Part shown: positions 45,571-58,700 of the stretch, one piece after another | How positions within the stretch are numbered: the first letter of the stretch is position 1 | Layout: the number at the start of each line of letters is the position of its first letter | NCBI RefSeq assembly: GCF_009914755.1 | Contig: NC_060927.1 | Direction: 5' to 3' (one strand) | Length of the DNA: 64,000 nucleotides | From: the human T2T-CHM13v2.0 reference genome, Homo sapiens | The notes under the pieces: generated by a model | What the model saw: the letters and a program-made list of their open reading frames with translations, nothing else | What the model was told of the DNA's origin: nothing | Databases searched by the model: none | Program-made: the position numbers and the translations under genes

Positions 45571-45951
45571 TATACTAGTCTGTTCTCACACTGCTATAAA
45601 GACATACCTGAGACTGGGTAGTTTATGAAAAAAAAAGAGGTTTAATTGACTCACAGTTCTGCAGGCTGCACAGGAAGCATGGCTGAGGAGGCCTCAGGAA
45701 ACTTACAATCATGGCAGAAGGCGAAGAGGAAGCAAGCCCCGTCCTTACATGGCGGAGCAAGGGAGAGAGAGAGCGAAGGAGGAGGTGCTACACACTTCCA
45801 AACAACCAATCTTGTGAGAACTCTATCAAGAAAACAGCAAGGGGGAAGTCTGCCCCATGATTCAATCACCTCCCACCAGGCCCCTCTTCCAACACTGGGA
45901 ATTACAATTCAACATGAGATTTCAGTGGGGACACAGAACCAAACCATATCA
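45571..45951 (-). mobile_element. ERVL-MaLR solo LTR, MSTA-like
   Basis: tatactagtctgttctcacactgctataaag...caaaccatatca. 5-bp TSD ATCTC at 45566-45570 and 45952-45956. Confidence 0.88.
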
Positions 45952-46581
45952 ATCTCAAACATTAATAAATGAATGATGAATAAATAGGCATTTTCAGCAT
46001 TGCTGGTTAAGGTTGTTCAACTTTTCATAAAGTAATTAAATTTTTCTTGAAAAGGAGAAGATTGGAGTCAATATTAAATCTGGTGGTTTTGAGCAGGGAA
46101 TAGCCATGGTCTTCTGAACATGGCTGGTTTAGCCCTTCAGTATATCCTAGAGGTCTTGCTCACTACCACAGCCTGGTAACAACAGTGCCCAACTGCAGGA
46201 TTAACAGAAGGTAAAGTGGATTAAATCGTTTTGAAAGCAGAAATTTACAACTACAGTGATAACAATGAATGTCACAAATACAGCATAAAGACTGAACATG
46301 CTCTGGGAATTATACTAACCATAACTTTCTAAGAAATGGTGCAATTACACAACTACAATAAAGATAATTGGATTAGTTACCCCTAAGGTTTTGAGTGACA
46401 TCCAAATTTTAGGGCTACCTAATTTATATTTTATGTTGATCAAAATACCACAATTCCTTTCCAGGCCAGTTCACACCATCTGTTATTCTCTTAATGATTA
46501 GCACAAATCTTAAAAATATTTTCTTTTGCTGACTGATTGTGGGGGACTGGTTTTCTTTTCTTTTTTCCTTTCTCTTTTTAG

Positions 46582-46728
46582 AATGGGATGATTGTCCACA
46601 TTCTTTCTGGGAAATGCATGGAAGCTGTGGTGCAAGAAAACAATAAAGATTTGTACCTGCGTCCGTGTGATGGAAAAGCCCGCCAGCAGTGGCGATTTGA
46701 CCAGATAAATGCTGTGGATGAACGATGA
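46582..46728 (+). CDS. GALNT15: GALNT15 exon 10 coding part (NGMIVHILSGKCMEAVVQENNKDLYLRPCDGKARQQWRFDQINAVDER*), lectin gamma repeat and stop
   Basis: Long polypyrimidine tract ending ttttag. Contains SGKC..C..QQWRF. TGA at 46726-46728. Confidence 0.95.
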   Translation, partial: NGMIVHILSGKCMEAVVQENNKDLYLRPCDGKARQQWRFDQINAVDER

Positions 46729-47468
46729 ATGTCAATGTCAGAAGGAAAAGAGAATTTTGGCCATCAAAATCCAGCTCCAAGTGAACGTAAAGAGCTTATA
46801 TATTTCATGAAGCTGATCCTTTTGTGTGTGTGCTCCTTGTGTTAGGAGAGAAAAAAGCTCTATGAAAGAATATAGGAAGTTTCTCCTTTTCACACCTTAT
46901 TTCATTGACTGCTGGCTGCTTTAAAAAAAAAAAAAAAGGATCCATTGTACCGTTGTCTTCATCACTGGGAAATGATTATTACATAGTACAGAAGATTCTT
47001 TGTTTTTCTCCACTGAGCACTTAACAATTGCTTTCTCTCTGGCCTGGACATTCTCTGGCAGCACCTCCAGGATACATAAATTCAATGGATCAATTTATTT
47101 GTCTTCAAATGGCCTTAACTTGGATTGTCTGTTTGGCCAACCATGAAAATTAAAGAGTGAAGCAGATGTAATGGCCTGACATTCCAAAAACTCTGAATTG
47201 GGTTTATTAGCACAAATGTTGTGTTCATTTGTTGAGCCATATCTCAGAAGAAGGAAAGGGAGCTACAGAAAGGAGGTTTAGGATTGCAGAGAAGATGCAA
47301 GAGCACTTTGGCCCAATTCTCCAGCTCAACCCAGCAGCTGAAAAGCTTCAAGAGATCTAGGAAAAGACATTTTCATGTTAATGAGAATTTCCACCATTGT
47401 AGAGAATTTCCTTCCTACTGAGAATCTACCTCTATTCCCCCTGCCCTAGCTCTTCTCTAACTTGGTTA

Positions 47469-48002
<534 letters not shown>

Positions 48003-48489
48003 TTATGACAGGTAACATTTGGGTGTTAATGTCCATGAGAGCTGACAGGGCCATCTCTGAGCCCATATAACTGTCTGGAACCCCCAAATGTGTCCACAGG
48101 TTGAATGTCCATGAGTGTGGGAAGAACACGGCTCATCTGGAGCACAGCTGAGGCTAGTAAGAGCTAAATGACTTTCCTTGCTATGACTTGGCTTACCTGA
48201 ATTAGCTGTAAGAGTTGCCGAATGGGATGGGTTCTGCTATTTAATAAACAGCATTCATATTCATTTTTCCCCAGATGGAGTTACCTACCTTTCCACATGG
48301 TCAGCTTAGAAATCTTCCCCTAAAGATGCTAATCTCCTTTGGGCTGTCTCAGAACACAGTATCCTTCAAATAAGAAAAACTGAGTGGGAAGTGCAGTGTT
48401 TCCAAACAATACCTATCATAACTACGTATTCATTGTCTACCTGCTAAGTCAAGGGTTCACTGCATTTCTCCTTCCTCAGAATACACTCT

Positions 48490-48700
48490 GGACCTGTGCT
48501 GTCTAATATGGTAGCCACTAACAAAATGTGGCCATTTTGATGGAAATCCATTAAAATCAAAGAAAATTTAAAACTCAATTCCTCAATTGGGCTGGCCACA
48601 TTTCAAATGCTCACTACCCACCTGTGGCTAGGGTCTACTTCTACTGTATTGGCGAGCATGGATATAGAACATTTCATCACAGTTCTGTTGGACCAATCTA
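48490..48700. mobile_element. MER3-like hAT-Charlie fossil in the 3' UTR
   Basis: ctgtgctgtctaatatggtagccacta...gccacatttcaaatgctc...tatagaacatttcatcacagttctgttggac. Confidence 0.7.
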
Positions 48701-48944
48701 GATAGATTCATTATCCCATCTAGAGAAGAGACTTTAGTCACTGTCTTCTTGCTTCAGACCCATCTATATTTAAAACAAATTTCCCTAAATCCTGAGACTG
48801 AGACGGAGCTACAAATTCTCAGATGGCGACCGTGTAAATGGTATTAGCAGCTGAAGAAAAAAAATTTTTCAAGACCTCTGTTTTTTAACTGAACTTTATC
48901 ATTGGCATTGTGGGTCTTTGAAGTTGCTGGGATAAATTAATATA

Positions 48945-48954
48945 ATTAAATAAA
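48945..48954 (+). terminator. Polyadenylation signal (ATTAAA overlapping AATAAA)
   Basis: tataATTAAATAAAagactg, followed by U/GU-rich sequence (ttgtattaggtgg). Upstream alternatives are ATTAAA 47149-47154 and AATAAA 48243-48248. Confidence 0.65.
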
Positions 48955-50139
48955 AGACTGAATTTAATTGCATAAATTGTATTAGGTGGCAATTAACAAA
49001 AGGACCCAGATGGCTTATTGCCTAATTGGGTGAACAAAGCAAGAATATGGTGTTTCTTGCTTCCTTAACCAGCTCCATGATTTATTACTTTATTGCAGAA
49101 GTGGCTGTCAACTCAGTCCCTGGCTGGTATTTACAGACCCTTAATTTAAGTAAAACAGATGCCTCCATTTAGTTCTAGAAGGACCTTCTCCTTTAGTGTA
49201 ACCAAGTGTTCAAATTCCCTTCTTCTCTATGAACTCAGCATTCATTTTATCCATAATGATCAATTTAAAAGTAGAGAAACTTGTCAGTTGAGAGATCTGA
49301 TTCCCAAGAGATTGGTTTCACTTGTCTACCTGAATTTTGTGATTGGATTTTGTTGTTCGTTTTTTAAGATTGAATTTTGTTACCACCCCCACCAAGTTCA
49401 TCATCATTATTAACTATACCACTGGGGAGAACAGAGAGAAGTGTCCGGCCAGCAGTCTAGAGTCCCACACTCTTCATGCTGTATTACAACAGTAAGAGCA
49501 GATATCCTTCCTGGAGAGTGCCTGACCTGTTTCCTCTTTGGTTTTAATGCCATAGATCCCACTGGAAAATTCAGAATTCCAACTAACAAAGACATGGTGG
49601 TTGAAAAGTCCTCAGTGACAATAATGATGGCACCACTGCAGCAGAACTTGACATTTTAGAGGTCATGTTATTGTGCTTAATGTGAGGGGGTTCTATTCTC
49701 TACTGAAAGGCTATGAAAAAGCCAGTTGGACACCAAGTGATCTGTGACCAGTCACCAAATTTGGACAAACAAAATGCAAACAAGTTGCATTTTTAAAAAG
49801 CATTCAAAAAAAAAGAAAAGAAAAAAACAAGGATAGTGTACATAATATGTAGAGTTGTGCAAACATTGTGCAAAACATTGATACAGGCTGCCTTGCTGGG
49901 CACAACTCTACTTATTATGCACACTATTTATGTTGTTCTTTCGAAGTTCTTTTAAAAGTGCAAATTGTCTGTGATCACTTTTGGGCAAAGCCCAAAGCAC
50001 CTACAAGTCCTGCCTCGATTATTCAAATACCTTGATTTGGGCATATTTCAAATGATATGTCAAGCACAATAACCAAGGAGGTGCTATTTCCAGAATTCTA
50101 GACCCCTCTACCATTCCTGTATTAATAATAGTCCCTCCA

Positions 50140-50552
50140 TTGGATAAAGAAAATGTGGCACATATACACCATGGAATACTATGCAGCCATAAAAAAGAAT
50201 GAGTTCATGTCCTTTGCAGGGACATGGATGAAGCTGGAAACCATCATTCTCAGCAAACTAACACAGGAACAGAAAACCAAACACCACATGTTCTCACTCA
50301 TACATGGGAATTGGACAATGAGAACACATGGACATAGGGAGGGGAACATCACACCAGGGCCTGTTGAGGGGTGGGGGGTGGGGGGCAAGGGAAGGGAGAG
50401 CATCAGGACAAATACCTAATGCATGCAGGGCTTAAAACCTAGATGATGGGTTGACAGGTTGATAGGTGCAGCAAAGGACCATGGCACATGTATTCCTATG
50501 TAACAAACCTGCACGTTCTGCACATGTATTCTAGAACTTAAAGTAAAATAAA
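50140..50552 (+). mobile_element. 5'-truncated L1PA 3' end
   Basis: L1 ORF2 C-terminus (MWHIYTMEYYAAIKKNEFMSFAGTWMKLETIILSKL) plus 3' UTR. Perfect 17-bp TSD taataatagtccctcca at 50123-50139 and 50553-50569. Confidence 0.95.
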
Positions 50553-51018
50553 TAATAATAGTCCCTCCAATCTCAAATCTTCTTTCCAGTTCCAACTCCT
50601 TCTTACATGAAATGTGCTCTTTGGACATGGCCATATGTCCTAAGCATTGTTTTAATATTATGAGGATCTTTGCTGGAGTAGTAGTTCTTTCCACGGGTAT
50701 GGGATGTTTATATTTTTTCATCACTGAAGGCTCTACGTAATACCAATACACTAAGTTATCACGACATATAAACAGCTTGCCTGATGGTTTGGCTTAAAAA
50801 AAGAATCATCAGAATCACCATGATGACTTTACCCCTAGGGTGATAGTTTATAAGCTCAGTCCAAAGAGACCAGATTAATGTTTGAAAATTAAAGTTCCCT
50901 AACAATTCCCAAACTGTTCAGCTAGCTCATAGTCAATGGACATTCCAGTACCTATGACAAATGCTAAAATGATACAGTCCTTCCTCTCTCTCTCCCTCCC
51001 TCTCTCCTTCTCTCTCAG

Positions 51019-51099
51019 GATGAGAACAGGGCCAACTCTGCTGCTGCTGAAGCTTATCAAAGGCCTTTAACTTTTCAGCAGATTGTGAACAATGGGTAG
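51019..51099 (+). CDS. GALNT15: Candidate alternative terminal coding exon of GALNT15 (DENRANSAAAEAYQRPLTFQQIVNNG*)
   Basis: An almost pure pyrimidine tract of ~39 nt ends in CAG at 51016-51018. The phase-0 frame matches the exon 9 donor and ends at TAG 51097-51099. AATAAA follows at 51197-51202. Confidence 0.65.
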   Translation, partial: DENRANSAAAEAYQRPLTFQQIVNNG

Positions 51100-51509
51100 G
51101 ACATCATTTGCTTCATTCAGAGATCCTCAAGAAGGCACTGCCGATCACTCTCCTCTAGGCACAGATCAAGGGTGGCATTGTTTAATGTCTTATTTAAATA
51201 AAATCCAGAAAAACTGGAGCTGCTATCTTTAAAGTCATAACTTGCCCAGATGCACCAATGCAGAAACTGTTCAGAGAGGGTGAAAGGTGAGCACCTCATT
51301 AGATTATCCAAAATTCTCCAAAACTCTCCAAAATTCTCCAACCCAAACCATATGGCTATAGTGGGAGCTGCCTTGTTCCCACCATAAGATGGCCCCTCCT
51401 CCCAGCTGAACATCTGACCCATGTTGGGCCAATCAGCACATTCCTCAGTAATTTTGTTACTGAGACTAAGAAATCAGTCTCTCTACCAGTGACTTAAGAG
51501 ATAATGTGA

Positions 51510-51680
51510 GGTTGGGCATGTTGGCTCACGCCTTTAATCCCAGCACTTTGGGAGGCCAAGACAGGAGGATCGCTTGAGCCCAGGAGTTTGAGATCAGGCT
51601 GAGCAACATAGTAAGACCCTATCTCTACAAAAAACAAAACCAAAACAAAAATTAGCCAGTCTCATAGCCTGGCCTCAAAA
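51510..51680 (+). mobile_element. FLAM/AluJ left monomer
   Basis: Left-arm Alu sequence. TSD aagag(ac)ataatgtgag brackets the monomer and its AT tail. Confidence 0.85.
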
Positions 51681-51691
51681 TAAATAAATAA

Positions 51692-51696
<5 letters not shown>

Positions 51697-51734
<38 letters not shown>
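51697..51734. repeat. (TA)19 microsatellite
   Basis: Read directly from the sequence. Confidence 0.95.
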
Positions 51735-51739
<5 letters not shown>

Positions 51740-51999
51740 TTAAAAGAGACATAATGTGAGAATGTTGAGCTCTCAGCAGCCTTGTTTTCTGTATATGGTC
51801 CTATGAGGTAGATAAATCCAGTCTGGAGAGTGAATCAGAGACAGCTGTGGGGGTGGAAACAAATATAAAAAGAGCAGAGGCAAAGGTGGGACAGAGCACC
51901 TTGATAGTATTTGATCCGCTGGCTCCAGTTTGTTCCCCAGGCCTTGATAGATCCCTGTCCCTGGAGTGTGTGAGACAACCGGAAATGATTTTGTTTAAT

Positions 52000-52165
52000 T
52001 CAGTGCTCCTCAAATTTTCCTGTGCTCACAAATCACGTGGGGACCATGTTAAAGTGCAGATTCTGATTTGGTAGGTCTGTGTGGGGCGTGAGATTCTACA
52101 TTCCTGCAAGCTCCTAGGCAATGCTGATGCTGCTGGCCAGAGACCACTGTCTGAGTAGCAACGAT
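52000..52165. mobile_element. MER5B-like fossil
   Basis: cagtgctcctcaaatttt...gttaaagtgcagattctgatt...gctgatgctgctggccagagaccac. Confidence 0.75.
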
Positions 52166-52292
52166 TCCAGTAGTTTTCTGGGTTTTTCCAAATTGTTACT
52201 TAGAGCTCAGAAAATCCTCACTGGATGAGTTCTTGGACTGTTTTTTGCTTCTAACGGATCTCTTTTTGAAGCCACATGGTAAGATGATTTGA

Positions 52293-52622
<330 letters not shown>

Positions 52623-54038
52623 TAATGTATCCTGTTCAATGTAATAACAACCGTTGTTAATTCATTTTCTTCTTTTCCCTCAGCATTCTTCCTCTTTCCC
52701 ATTCTGTCCACTAGTTCTGCTTTTTTGACCAGGGAAGTTTTTTAACCTTTTTTTGTTGTTCTTGCTATTTGTCTGTGGTCATGTCGTCCCTCCCTCACTT
52801 TCTTTATCTTTCCCCAACTTTCCTCTACTTCTCATCTTTGAGCAAACCTGCTTTTCCAGCACCAGGTTTTTGTGGTAATTTTTATTCCACTCTTACTTTT
52901 CCTCTATCTGGGCCTCCATGCCCTTCTGCCACCAGTTTCAACTGACTAATCTTGATGGAGTGAACAGCATCAATTTCTCCAAAGGATTTTTAGAACACTG
53001 AGCAAATAAATTAATAGCTCAGATTTTCAGCTCTTCTCAGTGGCAGCGCTTCTCCTGAGGGAATCCATAGTGTGGGGGTAAGGAAATGCCATTTAATATG
53101 GATTTGGAATAACAGGGATACTGAGAGTGCTGCCAATACTGATGGGAATATGGCCCTCATCTTGAGGAGGCAGCTGGGGTTCTGGCAGGCAGATTACCCT
53201 ATACAGTGGATTTTCATAGAGTCAAGTATAGGGGACTCCCTGGAGATGGGCCAGGACTTGTAGCCTCTGAAAACAGCCACATCTAATAGCTAAACATGAA
53301 ATTAGGTGATTGGAAAACAAATCCTGCCAAAGCCCAAGATTTGATTGTCTTAATCCTTAAGTCCTGCAGTAAAGTTAAAGCATGCATAACTAAGAAAGAG
53401 ATACCAAATTTATCCTCTAACACCAGAGGCTATAGTAGTGACACTGAGTGTTCTGGCCCCACCCATATCCCTCTGGTCTTACAGCTTTAGCTTTCTCTGA
53501 AAAAAAGTTCCAACTGTCAGTTATCTGCATTTCTTCACCTGGGTTTCTTTTTTTTTTTCTTCCGCGAAAGCCAAAGAAGACTGCTTTATGATGTGGGGAA
53601 GGCCAGAAAAGCCTTGGAAGTCACATTCCCCAGAAGCAGTCCTCAATTGATGACTGACAGGAGTTGGTGTATAAATACCTCAGCTCCCTCACCTCTCCCA
53701 TGGGATAGCTCTGAGGTGCATGTTCTACACCATTCCCCACAGTGTACCATGGGATTAAGCTCTAGTCACCCACAGTGGTAGCTGGCTTGATAATGCATCT
53801 TTAACTGGCTACATTCCCTTCTCCACTTCCTTACTAGTGTTTCCTGGGCTCATCTTCCAAGTAAACCACTTGCACACAAATCCTTATCTCTATGTCTCCT
53901 AATGGGGAAACCCACCCAAACACACATGGCTTGTCCCAACAAAAGCTTGCATCTCTAAGAGTTATCTTTCTTATCACAGTTTAAGCTTTGTTTCACCAGT
54001 AGTCTCAACCCATGCACAAGATAACCCCATTCCCCTGA

Positions 54039-54446
<408 letters not shown>

Positions 54447-55046
54447 GGTCCTTACCCCAATCTTATTATAACATTAGACATCCTTCCTCCCTGGGGAAAA
54501 GTGAATATGGAGTGGAGAGAGGCCATGAGTGTTCCACTAATTGATGCCCCTTCTTGAAGAAACCTGAAGCCTGATGAAGCAAGGTTCCTCCGGCCTCACA
54601 AAAAATGTTCCCCCTCATATTTCAGTTATTTTCCTATAACTGATACATACCAGTGTTAGAGGATATAGAAGTATACCATAGAAGTTAGGAGTGAAGTGCA
54701 TGATTGCTCTCCATGATAAAGCGAGGGAGATTCAGATATGAGTATTGAGGAAGCGATGGATTCAAACAATTTGATAAAGACATAAAGAGTGAGATGATCA
54801 AGAAGGTATCTCTAGTGAGGGCAGGAGTGACTTACCAGAGAAATTTTAGGATTAGGTGTCTAGTCCTCAATATAAAGTTATTTGCCTTATTTCCATCACC
54901 CCAGACTTTTAGTTAAGACTTCCATAATGACTTTCGTAGTATGTTGGGGATGGAAATCAAGGAACAGGGATAAGTCCCTGGACAGGACAAAGAGGAAAAG
55001 AGCAGCCTTGCCGGGTAGGATAGATACCAGTAAGACTAGGCATTCA

Positions 55047-55384
<338 letters not shown>

Positions 55385-55495
55385 TCAAAGGCCAGAGTAA
55401 CAGTGGTATGGAGAAGAATTAATACAGATTGTTGCCACATACCACCAAAGAGTGCCAATCAGGATATTTCAAAATTATGTTAGACTATGAACTAG

Positions 55496-55737
55496 AGTGG
55501 GGTTAGCAAACCTTTTCTGTAAAGGGCTAGATAGGAAAGTGCTATACACTGTTTCCCTCTTTTTTTGCAGACTCTGTTAACTCTGTTAACTACTTGACTC
55601 TGCCATTGTGGTACAAAAGGAGCCGAGCCATGGACAATAATCAACAAATGACCATGGCTGTATTCCAATAAAACTTTATTTACAAACACAGGTGGTTGGC
55701 CAGATTTGGCCAACAGCCATAGTTTGCCACCCCCTGG
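55496..55737. mobile_element. MER58A-like hAT-Charlie fossil
   Basis: ggggttagcaaaccttttctgtaaagggc...ccaataaaactttatttacaaa...ccatagtttgccaccccctg. Confidence 0.85.
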
Positions 55738-58700
55738 ACTACAGTATTTGACTCAACTGTAGGAGACAAATTACAGATTACTTAAAAATAAACAGAGAAA
55801 TATTACCAGCGAAATAGTGAATGAGCTTTAAAAATATAAAAATAAAGTGTTTCTCTGTTATACATAACAGAACAGCAAAAAATAACAAAAAAAGAGGGAA
55901 ACAGTGTATAGCATATGTTCTCATTATGAGCACACTCCAGTCCTTTTTATAAAAAAGTAGGAATAAGCAAATTATTTTTAAAAATCAAATAATAAAACAT
56001 TGACACTGTAGTCCACAGTCTTCTTTCTTTGGGGGACATAAAGATTCCAGGGGCCTTCACTGTTAACAGAGGTTGAGCAAACGAGCTTTCTTAATGAGAC
56101 CACAGCTGCAATAAGAACATGAACATGGAAGGGAGGGCTCCTCAGAAGCACAGAGTAACTCTCAGTATCTTAGCCAAGCCAAAGTGATTAAACTGTGCCA
56201 AGAGATACAGTTTAACACTCTAGTTTTTATCTTACTGTGGTGAAGACATTCACAAAGGGCAAAGCACACACTCCCGCTAACACACAAATCTTTTGTGTTT
56301 GGGATGTAAGGACAATCAGACACAAGCTCTGGTGTAGGACAAAAGCAATAACCTCTGGTTATTTATATAAACTCTGATCTCTGGCGTTCAATTTAGCCAG
56401 ACTTCAAAACACAAATGGTAGAAGTCAAGCCAAGGAAAGGGACTTCCAAAAGCAAGCCTTGAGGCCAGGGCTATACCAGGCCAACAAACCTTACTCCTTG
56501 TGCTCTGAAGCCAATACAAGCTCATAAAACCTGTTTAACAGCCAAGCCTAGGGTGCCTCCTGCCTGTTATGATCCATGCTTAGGGCTGTCCAGCCCATCA
56601 TGCCCCTTCACATGTCAGTATTGGCATATCCAAGGCTGGTTCCAGATAAAACAAATGGCCTGAGGCACCTCACCCTCCTCACACTCATGGACAGTTCCAA
56701 GCTCTCCAGCCCTACATCTACTTTGCATTCTGTTGCTCTACTGGCCGTGCTGCTGACCCCAGCTATTATCGTCTAGTGAGCCTTCACCATGCACAAGGGA
56801 CAGGCAGCTGTGCAGATCTGAGTACCCAGGTGGAAGCCACAGTTGAGGCCTATTGACTTTTATCTTAGAGATAAAGTCCTGTTCCCCCACCACTCCCCAG
56901 TGTGGGTCATATGTAAAGGAATGTAACTCTTTGAGAGTCTCCAGTCAACTCTTTGAGCATATCCTTGACCACTCTCCTTGGGAGGCCCTGGCACCTGGGT
57001 CTAGGTAGTGGGTTGGTTTGTCTGATGGTGGAGCCACCACTGTCTCCTTGAGGTTCCCGCTCCCTGACCCTGGCTATAATATCCCCTCACAGACTGGTTT
57101 ACGCAATGGCCTCACCCCTCAGCTTGTCAGGTATTCAGGATCCCCCACCTACCTATCTGCTACCTCCTCACCTAATCTCTCTATCCAGATGACGCTAGCC
57201 TTGCAGGTGGGATCCAGATGGACAAGTGATATGTGTTGCTTTAAGGTGGCTCTTTTCCCTACACTGTTATTCAGTACGGCTCTGCAGAATTATCTTCCAG
57301 AATAAGTTATAGGCTTCTTTTAGCAAAGAGCCATGGTCTACACTTCCTTATTTTCCTCTTAGCAGTTACCATGGAGTTGGTTGCTTGACTTCGTGGATTC
57401 CAGTATGGAGGAGAAAAAACCAGGAGTTAGGATATAGAAAAATGACATTTCAAGAGTTGGGAGAAAAATCAACTAGAGAAAAATGTGGACATCATTAGAC
57501 AGTAATATCTCTGTGACCAAACATATGTATTCACTGCCAGAAATCATAGTAATAACAACAACCATAGTGCTAAGGCTGTACTAACTTACTAGCACATACT
57601 ATTACTATGATAATAGTAATAACATTACCATTGTTAGTACTATGTACTATTACTATTGTAATGTTGTTACAATATTAACAACATTAATATTAATATTGTT
57701 GTTAATATTGTAACAACATTGCAATAGTTGTTGTACTCAAGTTATTTTTTCTTATAATCACAATAGGCCAATGATGTAAGGACTACTATTATCTCCGTTT
57801 TATATTATCTCATTTTATAGTTGAAGGGTGAGGTTTCCACAGGCAGAGTAATTTTCCTAAGGCTATGCAACTTCCAAAGTGATGGACCTAGATCACAAAC
57901 CCAGTTTCATTTGGTTCCAAGGCCTTCACATTTAACTTCCACATTTGATTGCCTCCCAGTATTTGTGAGTAAAGAAAATAAAACAGGGACTGTCCAAATG
58001 GGAATGGGTAAAAATAAGGGCCAGGTTGTTTTAGGACCTGCCAAAATTAGGTGCATTGGTTTGGATGCATTCAGGTACAAGGAGCAGAATAACCAACTCC
58101 CAGGGGCTTAAGAAATAAAGAACTTTAGTCATCTCACATGCCTAGTTGAGGACAGGCAGTTCTGTGCCTGGTACAATGGCTTACAGACACCTATGATCCA
58201 GGCTCTTTTTAAACTTCCACTCACCATTCCTGTTGGCTTTTGATCCTGGTTTCTGTCTCTTTACCAGCACAAGATGGTCACCACAACACCAAACATGACA
58301 TCCTGGCCCCAGAATCCCAAACAGGATGGAGAGGGCGGCAGAAGCAAGTTCTCCTCATTAATAATGTCTTTCTCTTCACTGAGAAAGCAAGATCTTTCCC
58401 AGAAGCCCCCCAGCAGACCTTCCCATCTGTCTCATTGGCCAGAGTCCTAGCAGCAAGGGTGGCTGGGACAGTGGCAAGGAAAGTACCTCAGCAAAGGCTG
58501 GGCACATTGCCACCCAGAACCTCACAAAGGTTCTGCAAACCAGGAAGTGGGAAGTTGGCAGATGGATGGCCAGTGACAGTACATGCATTTTGAGATGCCT
58601 CCTCTCTCAGGCAAGATTGGGCTCAGCTTCTTTTTTTAATGTCATGGGATGAAAACTGCAGGACACTGAGACAGAGACCTATAAAATCCTGTGCTCACAA

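Noticed and set aside
50153-50419. ORF resembling the L1 ORF2 C-terminus (also 7423-7650)
   Set aside because: Fragments of 5'-truncated L1 copies with no promoter or complete ORF.
56184-56218. Small hairpin ttaaactgt...acagtttaa, and the 10-mer tandem at 51307-51341
   Set aside because: Too short to distinguish from chance or slippage.
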